Source: Laetmonice hystrix
Lineage: Eukaryota
Direction: 5' to 3'
Length of the DNA stretch: 64,000 nt
NCBI GenBank assembly: GCA_965235115.1
Contig: OZ249440.1
Location: 7,068,001-7,132,000 of the forward strand
This document shows positions 51,448-64,000 of the stretch, one piece after another (position 1 is the stretch's first letter; each line of letters opens with the position of its first letter). The notes beneath the pieces were generated by a model. That model was not told the origin of the DNA. It saw nothing but the letters and a program-made list of their open reading frames with translations, and searched no databases. The translations under genes were made by a program, and so were the position numbers.

Positions 51448-54400
51448 CGACAGAATGTGCCGTGTCGCCCTTTCTGACAACCCGTGCAAGGTGAACCCCG
51501 AGTCTAGGTCGTGGCCCAGCTGATAGCGCCATCTGGATCCGACCAGTGGCTTGCTACCAGATAGTTGTCTTTGAACTCCTGACAACATGATATGGTAAAC
51601 GGCAGTCAATTAGTCACTGATTAAGTCCACGTGTCCTGGTTCCTATATGGCCAGCGTAATCAGCGCCGTGTGAACCTGGCTTACCTCTACCGTCGGACCA
51701 CTCTGGCAGGTCTAGTTTACTTCCTTCGCCACCAGACGGCGCGCAGAGCGAGGGCGGGGTGATGGTGGGGAACGGGCCATTATTTCTGAGGGGAAAACTT
51801 CAGATTATAAATGGTCGCCAACCCCCTTATGGGTATATTTTACCAAACAGACGGTCACATCGAGATATATCATTGAACATGTGTCTACTTTTCTTCTTTT
51901 GAAATACTAGACAGAGCCTTCTTCCGCATGTTTCTGCAAATACACTCACATATCAAGAGTTGCAAGTTTACACACGTGCACACACATGTGTCCATATCAA
52001 AAAACAGATGTTTAAGAGACAAAAAACAGTCAGGAAATCAGACACATTTTGTCTTCCATCATTTAAGATAAACTTCCTTGGGTTCCGCTTAGGTTGGAAA
52101 CTGCCGCCTGTCGTCTGTTGCTAACCCGTCATGTCATTTATCTCCGGTAGATGGCAGCAGGTGTAAGCGGTGGCCCGGGCCCCTACAGCCCTCCCTTCAC
52201 TGCGGGATGTAACGCTACCTTAGCCTGCCGACACTTGTGATCCGGGCCGCGTATGTTCACACCAACCCCCTTTGCAAGTTCAAGCCCATTTACAACGCGT
52301 GGTTTACAGCCAACTCAACGCCAGGTGCGCAATTCGGATCCGACCTAATGATCACACGGCAGTGAGGGTCTGTTAACCCTGGCATCACGCGAAGGTTTTT
52401 CTCTCTCCTTGGCTACATTCGGTGAACAAGGCAACAAATTAAACGGTCCTATAAAGTAGGATTATGTAGGTCCTATCGTCTGGATACGATATCCCGTATA
52501 AAACGGTGATAATAGGAAACCCATGTTGGACCTGCACAATATACATGTGTATACTTTAATATAATAGGTGCAGAGAACTGCCTTGTGTGATAAACAGCAC
52601 CTCTTGACATTAAAAAGGGCATAGCGAATGGAACGTCATGAATCCATATCTCACTTTGTAAGGGTGGCATGGGAAAGTTAAAATACATTATATTGGCCTA
52701 TAATATGTTGCAATGTCTGACAAGAAGCTTTTGTAAAAACATCTAAAACTTCTGGCTCGGTTAAGAATCGCCGGCGGCAGTGAGAACACGCCTGCGCAGT
52801 GGAGCCGCTTCATGTCGGCGGCAAAATGAGCCAAAGTTCCGTCCCCTCACACGTGTTGCCGCACTCCTAACTGCTCTCATTTTTCACACCCTCACTCTGT
52901 CCAATACTCCTGACGTCTGGTGCAAATAACCTTACTCAAATATCGTGCACCATTTGTTACCTAAACGCCTTGATGGGATCCCGTTAGGTTAGCCGAAAAC
53001 ACTGCAGGCTAAGCGTCTAACCGGAACGACCTCACCGCGTCCCGCCTCGTTTCAGGCACCGCACATTTTGATTGGGCAAATAGGCGCAAATTTAGGCCAT
53101 CTGGTGGTGCCTTGCTGTACCCGGGCGCGGGGGTCGATGGCCCAGGGCGGCGGATGAGGGCAGTCCATGTGGCGGCACCCTGCCCGCTCAGCCAGCCACA
53201 ATTAGCCTTTATTATGACCTGCCGGCCAAACATGTTACTGTAAACTACAAATGAAGCATAACTAGAAATAACTAGATTGCCCTCTCAATAAGGTTCGCGT
53301 ATATTGATCACTTTTCATCCATACAACATTGATGTTTACATACCCCCTGGTTCACAACAACATCGGCCTTGGTATTTTTCATATATTCTCCTAAAAGTAA
53401 GATATTTATTCTGAATATTAGGCCCTTTATAATTATCCTAAATCCTTTATAATATCTTTTTTAGATTGCAAACATACGACATGGTGAGCGTAGCAGCAGT
53501 CGCCCATGACAAACCCTGTAGACATGTGTGCAGCATGGATTTCTGCTTGCACATCTAATGGTTCTAGCCACAGTACCTAGGGGGCGCTGCGTTAGGTCTC
53601 TTACTGCCCAGAGAGACCGAGCTCAACCAACCAGTGACGTGATGTATCATGGCGCTACACTAAAGAGAATACCTGTAGGTTTATTTTGGTTTGAGGGCAC
53701 ATCTTATTGGGGTCTCGCCTGAGGCACACAGGTTAATTGGTATTCACTCAGCCTTGAGCTTGGTTTAATAAAACTTGGTGCATTTTGTTCAATAGGTTTA
53801 CCATTGGCGGCTGGCAGAAATATAAAATAATGGACTTTTATTTGTATGGAATTAATTGATGTGGAGGCCCTTTTACTGGACGTGTCGGCAAACCGAACCC
53901 GGCAATATCAGGCCTTGCATTCTGAACTTTTATCAGGCATAATCGTCCTGTCCTGATGTCTAGGCAATTATCTTGTAAGGCTTATCGTGAATCTGGATCT
54001 GTATATAATCATTACATGCATTACCCTTCTGTTCCCCCTTGCCTGTGCTGCTGCAGTCCACTTGACACTACTTCAAACACTTGTGGTTTTCTCTCTGACA
54101 TCATATTGCTCAAAAAGACCCACAAGTGCTCATCGTGAACTCTTTCTGTTGTGAATTGGTTTTTTCAAGGCGCCGGATGCATCAGCTGTCTTTGATGCAT
54201 ATCCCCATCACGTAAACCGGACCATTCGCTACACAAATCACAGTGAACCGCTGCACCGTCTTCTAACACTCCTCGCCAACCAATGGGCGTGTTTTAATTA
54301 TTTACGATGCAATCCATTAGGAGCGATAGTCTGTTGAAAGACGAACGGACGCCTATTTCCGGTGTGCATGGCTGCAGGATGGCGCCGACGGTGGTGAATT

Positions 54401-55989
54401 TCAATTAGGAGTTTGCCGTCACATACCGCCGCACGGCCAGCAGGGACCGGCCAACCGGGAGGAGGGGGGGGGGGGCAGCAGAAACCTACGAATCTTCAGC
54501 TTTTAACTGTATGAGAGTTGCTGCCAGTCATTGATAAACGGATCCCGTTGAACTCAGGCTCCAGCTTGGCATGCACAAGGAGAGCATGGACGAAAAAGGG
54601 AGAGGGCTATATAGATTATTGCATTGCTTGACTGGTTCCTGATATGGGCTCGGTGAAGGGAGGACGTGGAGGGGGGGGGGGGGTGTTCCCTCAGAGTTTA
54701 AGTGCTGACTGGCTTCCAGAAAGCAGTCGGACCCCCTGGATCCGCCCCTTAATAATTGATTTACACATAATGAGACGTTTTCTATTGGTGAGGCTTGAAT
54801 ACTAATTTTGATTTTGATAACCTTTACTGTGGCACATTGACTTGAAGCAATTCAAAGTAACAAGATCAGAAGTTGAGACTCAAACCGAGGCACGAGTTGA
54901 ATGTGATTTGTCCACACGTCGACACGGGTCGTCTGCTTCGAGACGAACCCACGCGCATGCGCACGCGCACCGGGCAGCAGACGACAAAGTGCCGTCACGA
55001 GCGCGTTGTCTTTGGCCACGTGCCAAGTCTGATTCATAGCCATTAAAATGAGGTCAGTTTGGGACGGCGGTCAGTTCTCAAGACTTACAGTGGTCATTTA
55101 GCACCTCGGACGGTTCATAATGTATACCCGTAGGCGCTGGTATGCCAGTTCTTACTGAAAACAGAGTGATACGGTAAGCCCGCCGCACACTGTGGAGACT
55201 TTGAGCAACTCCACGAAACTGAGAAGTCGGCAACTCCCTGAAGACTGGTTGCCGACTTCAGTCCCCACTAATTTCTGGCGATTATTGAAGACTAAACATG
55301 TATAATCTTCAGATAATAGCTCCGTGATATTTTTATCGACATTGTTATGATAGCTGAAGGGTAAATATTAGTCGCACTTCAGGAGAAACGTCGCAACTCT
55401 TATCTAAAGATTAACGAACAATTTATTTCATTTCATTCGGTGGTCATGCAATATGTACTAAAGGCACCATATTTTAGTACGATACCTGTCACCAACAAGT
55501 TAAGAACAAAATCGCCGTCTTTTTAACTGTAGCTCTTTGACCTATGTCCATGGTTCTACAACACATGAATGTGGCTTCTTGCTAGTTGATCATATGGCTT
55601 CAGACCCCAAGGAGTGATATTGGCAAGTCTAGTCTATAGACAAGGTTCCTTTAGAAGACACAGCTCATCCACTTGTTTGAGTCCAGCTAAAAGGCCAGTT
55701 TTTTGGGGAGGCATATTCGTCTCCTTCATGTCACTATCTCCAGTCTGGAACTAAAGGACAAAAGCACTTCATTTGAGGAGGTTCACGCATGTTCCCATTT
55801 AAACCTATACTCACTATGCGCAAGAAGTGTGCGAAGAACTGGGATGGGAGTGATTTGAAGGGATCGGAGAGTTCCTACTTAGGGCTGACAAGGACTTACA
55901 TGTGAGTTACATTCGGATATTTACAAATGTGAAGTACACAGGTTTTCATACCAACTGACAGCCATGTGATGCATGCCACGTTATCCCCT

Positions 55990-56097
55990 GTCAAAGACCG
56001 TGGGTCCAGTCAAAGACCGTGGGTCCAGTCAAAGACCGTGGGTCCAGTCAAAGACCGTGGGTCCAGTCAAGGACCGTGGGTCCAGTCGAAGACCGTG
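55990..56097. repeat. Minisatellite, 19-bp unit (gtcaaagaccgtgggtcca), ~5.5 copies
   Basis: Directly visible. Confidence 0.9.
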
Positions 56098-56148
56098 AGT
56101 GGCAGCTGTCAGTCAGACACTAAGCTTCGGTTTCCATCCTTACAACCC

Positions 56149-56410
56149 GTCTGAACACCGGTGGGTGTGGTACCAGTCTGAACACCGGTGGGTGTGGTAC
56201 CAGTCTGAACACCGGTGGGTGTGGTACCAGTCTGAACACCGGTGGGTGTGGTACCAGTCTGAACACCGGTGGGTGCACATATGGTACCATCCTGAACGCT
56301 GGTGGGTGGTACCAACCTGAACGCCGATGGGTGTGGTACCAAAACCTGAACGCTGGTAGGTACTGAACGCCGGTGGGTGCGGTACCATACTGAACGCCGG
56401 TGGGTGTAAT
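56149..56410. repeat. Minisatellite, 27-bp unit (gtctgaacaccggtgggtgtggtacca), ~4.5 clean plus several decayed copies
   Basis: Directly visible; explains the SEHRWVWYQ and TTPTGVQTG ORFs. Confidence 0.9.
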
Positions 56411-56481
56411 TCCAACATCCAATATAGCAATAAACTCAACTCCAATATTTAGCTCTTCTTAATCACTCTCAGTTTCTCTCT

Positions 56482-56614
56482 NNNNNNNNNNNNNNNNNNN
56501 NNNNNNNNNNNNNNNNNNNNNNNNNNNNNNNNNNNNNNNNNNNNNNNNNNNNNNNNNNNNNNNNNNNNNNNNNNNNNNNNNNNNNNNNNNNNNNNNNNNN
56601 NNNNNNNNNNNNNN
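56482..56614. other. Assembly gap; CT-rich microsatellites nearby (56466-56481, 56778-56915)
   Basis: Run of N. Confidence 1.
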
Positions 56615-58965
56615 GTTGCCTAAGTATGGCGGGTTGATGGTTGGGGGGGGGGTCTTTAAACTTCCTATCTTCTTACTCCTCTCTACACAAGAATTGTATA
56701 GATATTATGCACTGGTATATCCCACAAACGGTTTATGTGTGAAAGGTTTGCTGATGTTACTGTTGTGGTAGCCCAAACTGTCTCTATCTCTCTGTGTATC
56801 TGGCTGTCTGCCTCTCCGTATCTCTCTATCTCTCTCCCTCTGTCTCTCTGCCTGTCACTGTCTCACTCTCTGCCTCTCTCTGTCTCTCTCTCCGTCTCTC
56901 TCTCCCTTTCTCTCGCTGGCTCTGTTATTGTTTTATCTGAGTCTGTCACACTAGACATATATAGATCTCTATAAATCTATACTTTCAATACATTTTAGTA
57001 TACATGATCAGAATGTGCGATTAATATTGACCCCGTCCCAGTCTAGTGCCAAAAAGTGCAGTCCCAACATCGAGTTAGGCGCTCATTGCCGTTAACCTGT
57101 GTACATAATACGTGCCAACAAACCGAAGTTAACATATGTTTGGTTGTTCTGTCACGGGCACTCCTGAATTGATTCCAAGTTACCACTTATATATCGTGTA
57201 AATCCCGGGTATATATGTATAGAGCCCCTACAGCTGATGGTGACCATGAGATCTATGTCTGGGCGTGACGCCAGAATATCCACCACTCCCTTTATGTTTG
57301 GCATCAGAGCCTGTCATCTGCTTTGGTTTGTTTTTTACCCGTTTAAAATGTCATAAAGTTGGCGCTATCTGTCAGCTGTCATTCATCCCGGTATTTTACC
57401 GTATACCGCACTGTAATGCGTTAGCAAGAAACCCCGAAGGGCTCTATCAAAGCGGATGTCAATTATTTTAACTCAAGCGCAGAAGTTATAACGTTGTCAC
57501 ATAAAAAGGATTTCTGGATTATAAATGTGATGTTTATAGGAGACAGAGTAAAAAGGTTGAAAGTTTGGAGGGTATATATGTAACAAGTTATGACTCGTTA
57601 CTGATGTCTTAATGTTTTATCTGGGCCTGCCTTCTCGTTAAACTTCCAATAGATTTTCACATAGCCTACAATGTAGTTTTGCTATTTAGTATATATAGGG
57701 GCAATGATATACATTTCCATCAAGATGGGCCTGGCAAATATTGCGAATAAAACAGGATTGAACCGCTGGGATCAAGAGATAACTTAGCGAAAACAGTGAA
57801 AGAAGAGCACATTCTACTACGTAGATATTATACGCATGCATGCCTATATAATTACGATATACATAAACATACACTTCATACCAGCATATTTACCCATACT
57901 TCCTCTATTCTACTAGGAGTATAGTTACATAATAACTCACATACAGCAAAATAAAAGTAGGATCGCTAAGGCCCAAACTCGCACACAATCCCCATCAGAA
58001 ATTGTCGAGCACGCCTTTTCTCTCAGCGTAACCTGCAATTAATTTACTTCAAGTCAATAATGCCATTATGAGGAATCATAAGAGAAATTGATAAAATAAT
58101 TCTGCAATTAGGAAAACCCACATGACAGTTTAGCGTGGCGAGCTGCCATCCGTCAGAGAGTGACTGACAGGCCAGGCGGAGGATGACAAGGGGCGGAAGG
58201 AGGCCCCGGATCGGCCGGTTAACTCATCATTAGTTCGCCCTAGTCGGTCGTCAGCAGTCTTTGTCTATGAATAATCTATTGTCCTGGTAGGTTGTCAGAG
58301 ACTGTGGGATGTAGCTGGGAGGCGTGTCGAGGTGGTGGGAGGATTGAGGAGGCGGTAGGGGTGGGGTATGTATGTATAGTGTACAGTGTGGGAGCATGTG
58401 GTTTGGTGGTGTACGGGAGGGGCCGGTAGCGGACGGCTGGCGGGGAGCAGTGGAGGAGAAGCCCGGGAGATGGAGGGATGAATGGCGGCCTTCATGGCAG
58501 CACGGCGGACACGGAGTCCAACAATAAACATTACACTTCTGCCCTGGCGCTTTCTTCACGATGACAGTAATGAGGCTGTTGTATTGAAAAAAGACTGCGC
58601 CGCTCGTCAAGACAAAAGGATGCTCCTCAATGACATATGGAAATGTAACAGCGGGAGGTAGCGGCGCACGTTGGCACCAGTGTTAATTGTTTGTCGTTTG
58701 TTTAATTGTCCCACCGCTGACAGATGACTACGGTTGCCACCGACGAGGCGTCGATGGCGGTCTTCTTCATCATTAATGCACGCATTTTGCCAAGTATCCC
58801 GCTGATCAAGTCTGGCTAAATAGTTGGAAAGTTTGTTAGATCTCAGCGGATGGATGTCGACACAAAGATAGATATGATTCAGACAAAAGGATATGGTGTC
58901 AGAAGTCATCATTCATCATAGAGAGGTTAGGGTACGGGTTGCATAGACCCCGGTCACCACCCAAT

Positions 58966-59063
58966 GGGGGAGGGGGAGGGGGTAAGGGGGGAAGGGAGGG
59001 GGAGGGGGAGGGGGAGGGGGAGGGGGAGGGGAGGGGGAGGGGGGAGGGGGAGGGGGAGGGGGG
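58966..59063. repeat. (GGGGGA)n-like purine tract
   Basis: Directly visible; G-quadruplex/H-DNA-prone by composition. Confidence 0.9.
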
Positions 59064-60911
59064 ATTACTTCAGAGAGACCACTACCTCATCTGTTTATCA
59101 ACAACGTGATTGTGAATAAACATAATCCCTTTAAACGATTACATTGCATTGTGATTTAACCTTCCAACTTTAAATAGATTTCTCGATATCTTAGTCAGTG
59201 GGGTGATGCCTATAGCAGTCAAACAGATACATCAAAATAATTATATTATACAAGAGTGAAAACTCGCCAACACATATATAAACTTTACCTATCCCATTTT
59301 AGAATTGTGTAAGACTTCTGCGAAATACAACGTACATGTATTTATCATTCTATATAAATGCCCTGGGGTTTTAGAGGCATCTACTCATAAATTGTGTATA
59401 CTTGGATTTTTAAAAAGCTAGAAAGCCACAAAAAGAAACTTATCGAGGCATGTAGTCGAAGTCACTTCATAAAATGTTATATATCGTCAAGACTATTTGC
59501 CCTTGGATGCGCGTTCTAGACTGATAAGTGAATATGTTTGAAGTAGCAAAAAGGTTTCTTCGCGGAACAGTTTTCCTGGGGCCTCCATATCCCGTCATGT
59601 CGACTCCACGGAGCCGACTGCATACACATGTGTGACGTCAGACCGCGGCAGACGACAGTCTCGCTCCGTGCACGCGACCGGCAGACACTGTTTGTACGGC
59701 AAAATGTTGGACACCAAGAACTCAAAGAATGTACACTTTCGTAGCTTCCGCTTGATTAAATTTTGAATCACCACGACAAAAAGAAGGAAGTCAAATGTGT
59801 ACGCATATCATGTATATTTGTGCCGCGTTCGGCTATAGATGAAGCTGAAAGAGCTGTTTTTAATGAATATCCGACAGGCAAAAGGCCACACGACCTGTCC
59901 TTCAAATGTATCTATTAATTGTCCCGGGATGAGAATACCTAAGTGAAATTGACATATATTTACACGGATCAATTTCAAGAGAAAGAGAATCGTTGTTTTC
60001 ATGGTTTCAAAGCTAGGGCGGGGACTGATGTCACGTCAAAAAGAGATAATGATCAGGAAATCTGTGGGAAGTTGCCGCAATTTCATTTTGCCTCGAGTCC
60101 CTGGTGGAAAGTACGTTATGGTTAGACCGTCTTGCCGACAGATGTGGTAACGATTCAAGTCAATCGCACGCAGGCAAAGCAATTGGAATCATTCATTAAT
60201 TTGCTCACTACAAAAGATTTCGACTTATGGGGGAAATGGGACCGCCTTTCGCTCACGCAAAAGCTCGGTCTATCTCGACCTCTCAGTGAGACTGAACGCC
60301 TCACCATCGACCACCCCGCAAACAGCGAGTGACCTATCAGCACTCGTCGTTTGTCTTCATACTCACTCTACAACATTGTTCTCTGAAACGATATGAAACC
60401 ATTTAGAAAATAGGCAGGGGGTGTGGCGACCGACGCGCGTTCTATTTCCCTCCAAAGAGTTCCGACAAAAAGAGATTGGCTTTTATTGACTGGGGTTCTC
60501 GATTTAATGTAGCCGTTCCGTAATGAAGAGTTGGCACGAATCGTTCAGCAGCTCTGTCGGCAAATCCGCTCACCGTTCACATACTGATAACGACCTTGAC
60601 TTGGGCAAATACAAGTATAGAACCAGAGTAAACTCAGGGTATAAATATAATGGTATGCGTATAGGAACGTCAAAATCATTTCATAAATATTTAATTTGAG
60701 ACGAAGTTGGGTAGTTAAATGTCCATGTATAGGCTTGCCCTTTATGCATGTAGTAGAGAGTTAAACCGACTCTGGTTTTCCTTAAAGGAATGATGGTGTG
60801 ATTATGCATGTACCAGGACTATAATATCCATATAACTATACTAACACTTCAAACAGAATATCCCATTCCTTGTGTGGCCGGCCATCATCAAACGAACCTC
60901 GCCCAACTCTA

Positions 60912-61971
60912 CACTGTAAAAAATTTATTGTAAAATTTACAGTAACTTACTGGCAGCTGGAGTTGCCAATAAGTTACTGTAATTGTCGGGAGTTACTGTA
61001 AATCATATCACAAGAAGTTACTGTAATTTTTACAGTAACTGGGGAGTTACTGTAAATCCTAACGCATCAAGTTACTGTAATTTTTCCACTAATAGAAGGA
61101 TTACTGTAAATGGTAATGCAGCAAATCACTGTAATATTTACAGTAATATAGGATGTATTGTCAATTTTAATCCGGCAAGTTGCAGTGATTTAGTTTTGAG
61201 CCAGTCTCGGTGCGAACCGGACGCCTGGCGAGTCGCAATAGGTCCATTCGTATGAGAGTTCAAAATTCTGCAGCAAAAGGTGCTACTCCGCGTGATATGA
61301 TGGAGTTTCTAACCCAAGGAGTCTATAAATAAGGTCCCCTAGCCTCTAAAGATGGTGTTTCCAAAAGCTGTTGATGAATCACACTTCATAATTAGGCCCC
61401 AATTTGACATTCCACTCTACACTCTATGACAAAGATTGTATCAATATTATTATTAATATATGCCCATGGTCGGATTAGCCGGCTTTCACAGGTAGGCCTT
61501 ATTATGACACGTCGGGGTAGAAAGTCATCTCGTGCTTGGTTACTTTGAAGTGAATCCGTGTCCGGCCACCTTGTGAGTGTTGACTGAACTAGACAATTTT
61601 ACAGTAATTTCCCGTATTTCAAATAACGTTACTGTAAAAGGTACTGTAAAAAATAGAGTGATTTTACAGTATTAGGGGCCGTACAGTAATGCATTGTAAA
61701 AGAGTCACACAGTCGGTTACTGTAAAAATGTAGTAATTTACCACCAACTTTACAGCAAGGTACTGTGAAAACTGTAAAAAATACAGTAATGTACCACGGA
61801 ACCTAAAACATTACAGTAACGCATCGTAAAAGACTCTTACAGTATTTTACTGTAAGGATTACTGTAATTTACCACCAATTTCACAGCAACATACCGTAAA
61901 AACGATAAGTGGTATTTTACTGTGATAAATACAGTACTATACTGGAGAAATTACAGCAATTTTTTACAGTG
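60912..61971. mobile_element. Non-autonomous CMC/EnSpm (CACTA-like) DNA transposon, 1060 bp
   Basis: TA|CACTGTAAAAAATT...AATTTTTTACAGTG|TA: 14-bp perfect TIRs, TA on both flanks, and many subterminal TTACTGTAA/TTACAGTAA repeats at both ends. No transposase ORF. Confidence 0.8.
61316..61469 (+). repeat. Dispersed repeat copy B (homologous to 50873-51012), inside the EnSpm-like element
   Basis: Same collinear blocks as copy A, diverged by substitutions and small indels. Confidence 0.8.
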
Positions 61972-62290
61972 TATGCACCACCAGCCCACGGCATGCATCA
62001 CCTCTGCCGCCCACGGGCCTGCAGCGGGATTATGACGACTTCAGCTCATATTCATAGGTGGCGCTGCGGCAGCAAGGACGATTTGTAACATTGGACTCCA
62101 ACTCAGTGCAGATATATTTTGGTATCTATAAGACCTCAACAACATACAAGAGGCGTGCGTTTTAGGATGGACAAAGAAAAAACAAATGCGAGCTAAGCAG
62201 TCTAGACTTCTGTATATTTAACCATTTATATTAGGCCTGTCTTTCCTTGGACTGTAGCCCGTAAGTATAGTATGAGGGTCGACAGGTGTT

Positions 62291-62442
62291 NNNNNNNNNN
62301 NNNNNNNNNNNNNNNNNNNNNNNNNNNNNNNNNNNNNNNNNNNNNNNNNNNNNNNNNNNNNNNNNNNNNNNNNNNNNNNNNNNNNNNNNNNNNNNNNNNN
62401 NNNNNNNNNNNNNNNNNNNNNNNNNNNNNNNNNNNNNNNNNN
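62291..62442. other. Assembly gap
   Basis: Run of N. Confidence 1.
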
Positions 62443-62754
62443 CTCCTACAACTCAACATCAAAAGTTAAAATCCAATCCAACTTATTCTTAGATTTTTAG
62501 CCCATTTTTTCAACTGTTGGGTCGTGCAGCAAAGATCTTTCAAATAAAGAGGTTAGGTTTTCAGAAAGGCCTGCACATGTAGGTGTATCACACAGTATAA
62601 TTACACAAATAACTGGTAGAATAAATATTGTGTTTCTATAATTCACAAATAGATATCGTATACTCGGGCTAACAAAGACACGCACATTGCAAGAACTTGC
62701 TTGCATCAGTCTTGTTCACCATGAAAGTTTCATGCTTACAATATGTAAATTATT

Positions 62755-63440
62755 TCTTACAAGGACACGTTTTTACGGATTGTCTATGTACATTGTACCA
62801 TGGAGGAGTTACTGTCAGACTAGTTCGTGTACAAGAGAATGTTGTCTTACAGTCTTACAAGGACACGTTTTTACGGATTGTCTATGTACATTCTACCATG
62901 GAGGAGTTACTTTCAGACTAGTTAGTGTACAAGAGAATGTTGTCTTACAGTCTTACAAAGACACGTTTTTACGGATTGTCTATGTACATTGTACCATGGA
63001 GGAGTTACTGTCAGACTAGTTCGTGTACAAGAGAATGTTGTATTACAGTCTTACAAGGACACGTTTTTACGGATTGTCTATATACATTCTACCATGGAGG
63101 AGTTACTGTCAGACTAGTTCGTGTACAAGAGAATGTTGTCTTACCGTCTTACAAGGACACGTTTTTACGGATTGTCTATGTACATTTTACCATGGAGGAG
63201 TTACTGTCAGACTAGTTCGTGTACAAGAGAATGTTGTCTTACAGTCTTACAAGGACACGTTTTTACGGATTGTCTATGTACATTTTACCATGGAGGAGTT
63301 ACTGTCAGACTAGTTCGTGTACAAGAGAATGTTGTCTTACCGTCTTACAAGGACACGTTTTTACGGATTGTCTATGTACATTCTACCATGGAGGAGTTAC
63401 TGTCAGACTAGTTCGTGTACAAGAGAATGTTGTCTTACAG
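62755..63440. repeat. Minisatellite, 98-bp unit, 7 copies
   Basis: 686 bp = 7 x 98; track ORFs recur every 98 bp. Confidence 0.97.
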
Positions 63441-64000
63441 TAACCATCTTCCATGCTGACGCTGTGCTTGCATGCCCCAGGCAGACCGAGCGCGTGTCTT
63501 CAGGGAAGATTACGGCAATAAACTACGCCGATACAAGAATGGAATTAGCACCTCCCAAGTCGTTTGCGATTTCGCTTTGGAGCGCCATGCATAAACATGG
63601 AGGAGGAAAGCGTACTTTTGGTTGCTTTCACCATGACCCGCTCACCCTAAAGTGTTTATCGCATGACGATACGTTCGCAGCGATCTACTCCAAGTAATTG
63701 TGGTGTGTATGAACGCGTGTAATGAGTGGCCGTTTGATGGTCAGACAATGATCGGCTCCAAGACAGACGATAATCAGATTAGAGCCTCGGGATCGTATTT
63801 CGCGCGGCCAACACAGAGCGGGAAACGAGGTGTTGGCAGAAAGACGCAGGAAACGTGGCCAAGGTGTTGACGACACGCGAACGACCACCGACTCTGCTTA
63901 GCACGTGTTGGTCCGGACATCTGTGACGGTCCCTGCCGTGGTCAGATTATAGTGACGGTCCAGGCTATATCTCCCTTATTATCGCCCAGGACTACGTCAT

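Larger units (their letters stand above)
46582..52157. promoter_or_regulatory. Cluster of CTCF-consensus motifs (candidate insulator/boundary)
   Basis: Matches to CCASYAGRKGGCRS: 46582 (+, 13/14), 46635-46648 (-, 14/14), 47241 (+, 12/14), 47274 (+, 13/14), 47355 (+, 13/14), 48549 (+, 13/14), 51729 (+, 13/14), 52144 (+, 13/14). Motif match only; binding not shown. Confidence 0.55.

Noticed and set aside
55223-55259. 12-bp stem-loop as a terminator or structured RNA
   Set aside because: Rho-independent terminators are not relevant in animal nuclear DNA. It is probably a fragment of a repeat, and no matching second terminus was found.
1946-63440. CRISPR arrays
   Set aside because: All arrays are head-to-tail tandem repeats with no unique spacers, there are no cas genes, and the context is a spliced eukaryotic gene.

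Overview
Animal (non-vertebrate bilaterian-like) genomic DNA with four assembly gaps. I can support only one protein-coding gene: a three-exon NK7-family (ANTP/NKL class) homeobox gene on the minus strand. Its CDS is join(33458..32930, 16837..16566, 14254..13307), about 582 aa, with canonical GT-AG sites, matching intron phases and an intron between homeodomain residues 44 and 45. The rest is a gene-poor landscape containing about 15 mutually unrelated minisatellite arrays (roughly a fifth of the window and nearly half of intron 1), several MITEs (two Kolobok-like TTAA elements), a 1.06-kb non-autonomous CMC/EnSpm-like element carrying unrelated internal DNA, long palindromes and a tRNA-derived relic. 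The most notable unexplained signal is a dense, mostly co-oriented cluster of CTCF-consensus motifs 13-19 kb upstream of the gene (46.6-52.2 kb), a candidate chromatin boundary. Almost all other ORFs in the track are artefacts of tandem repeats or chance, and many start at GTG/TTG. There are no rRNA genes, intact tRNAs or CRISPR arrays, and I found no convincing evidence of a wholly new biological system. All coordinates and counts were read by eye and may be off by a few bases.
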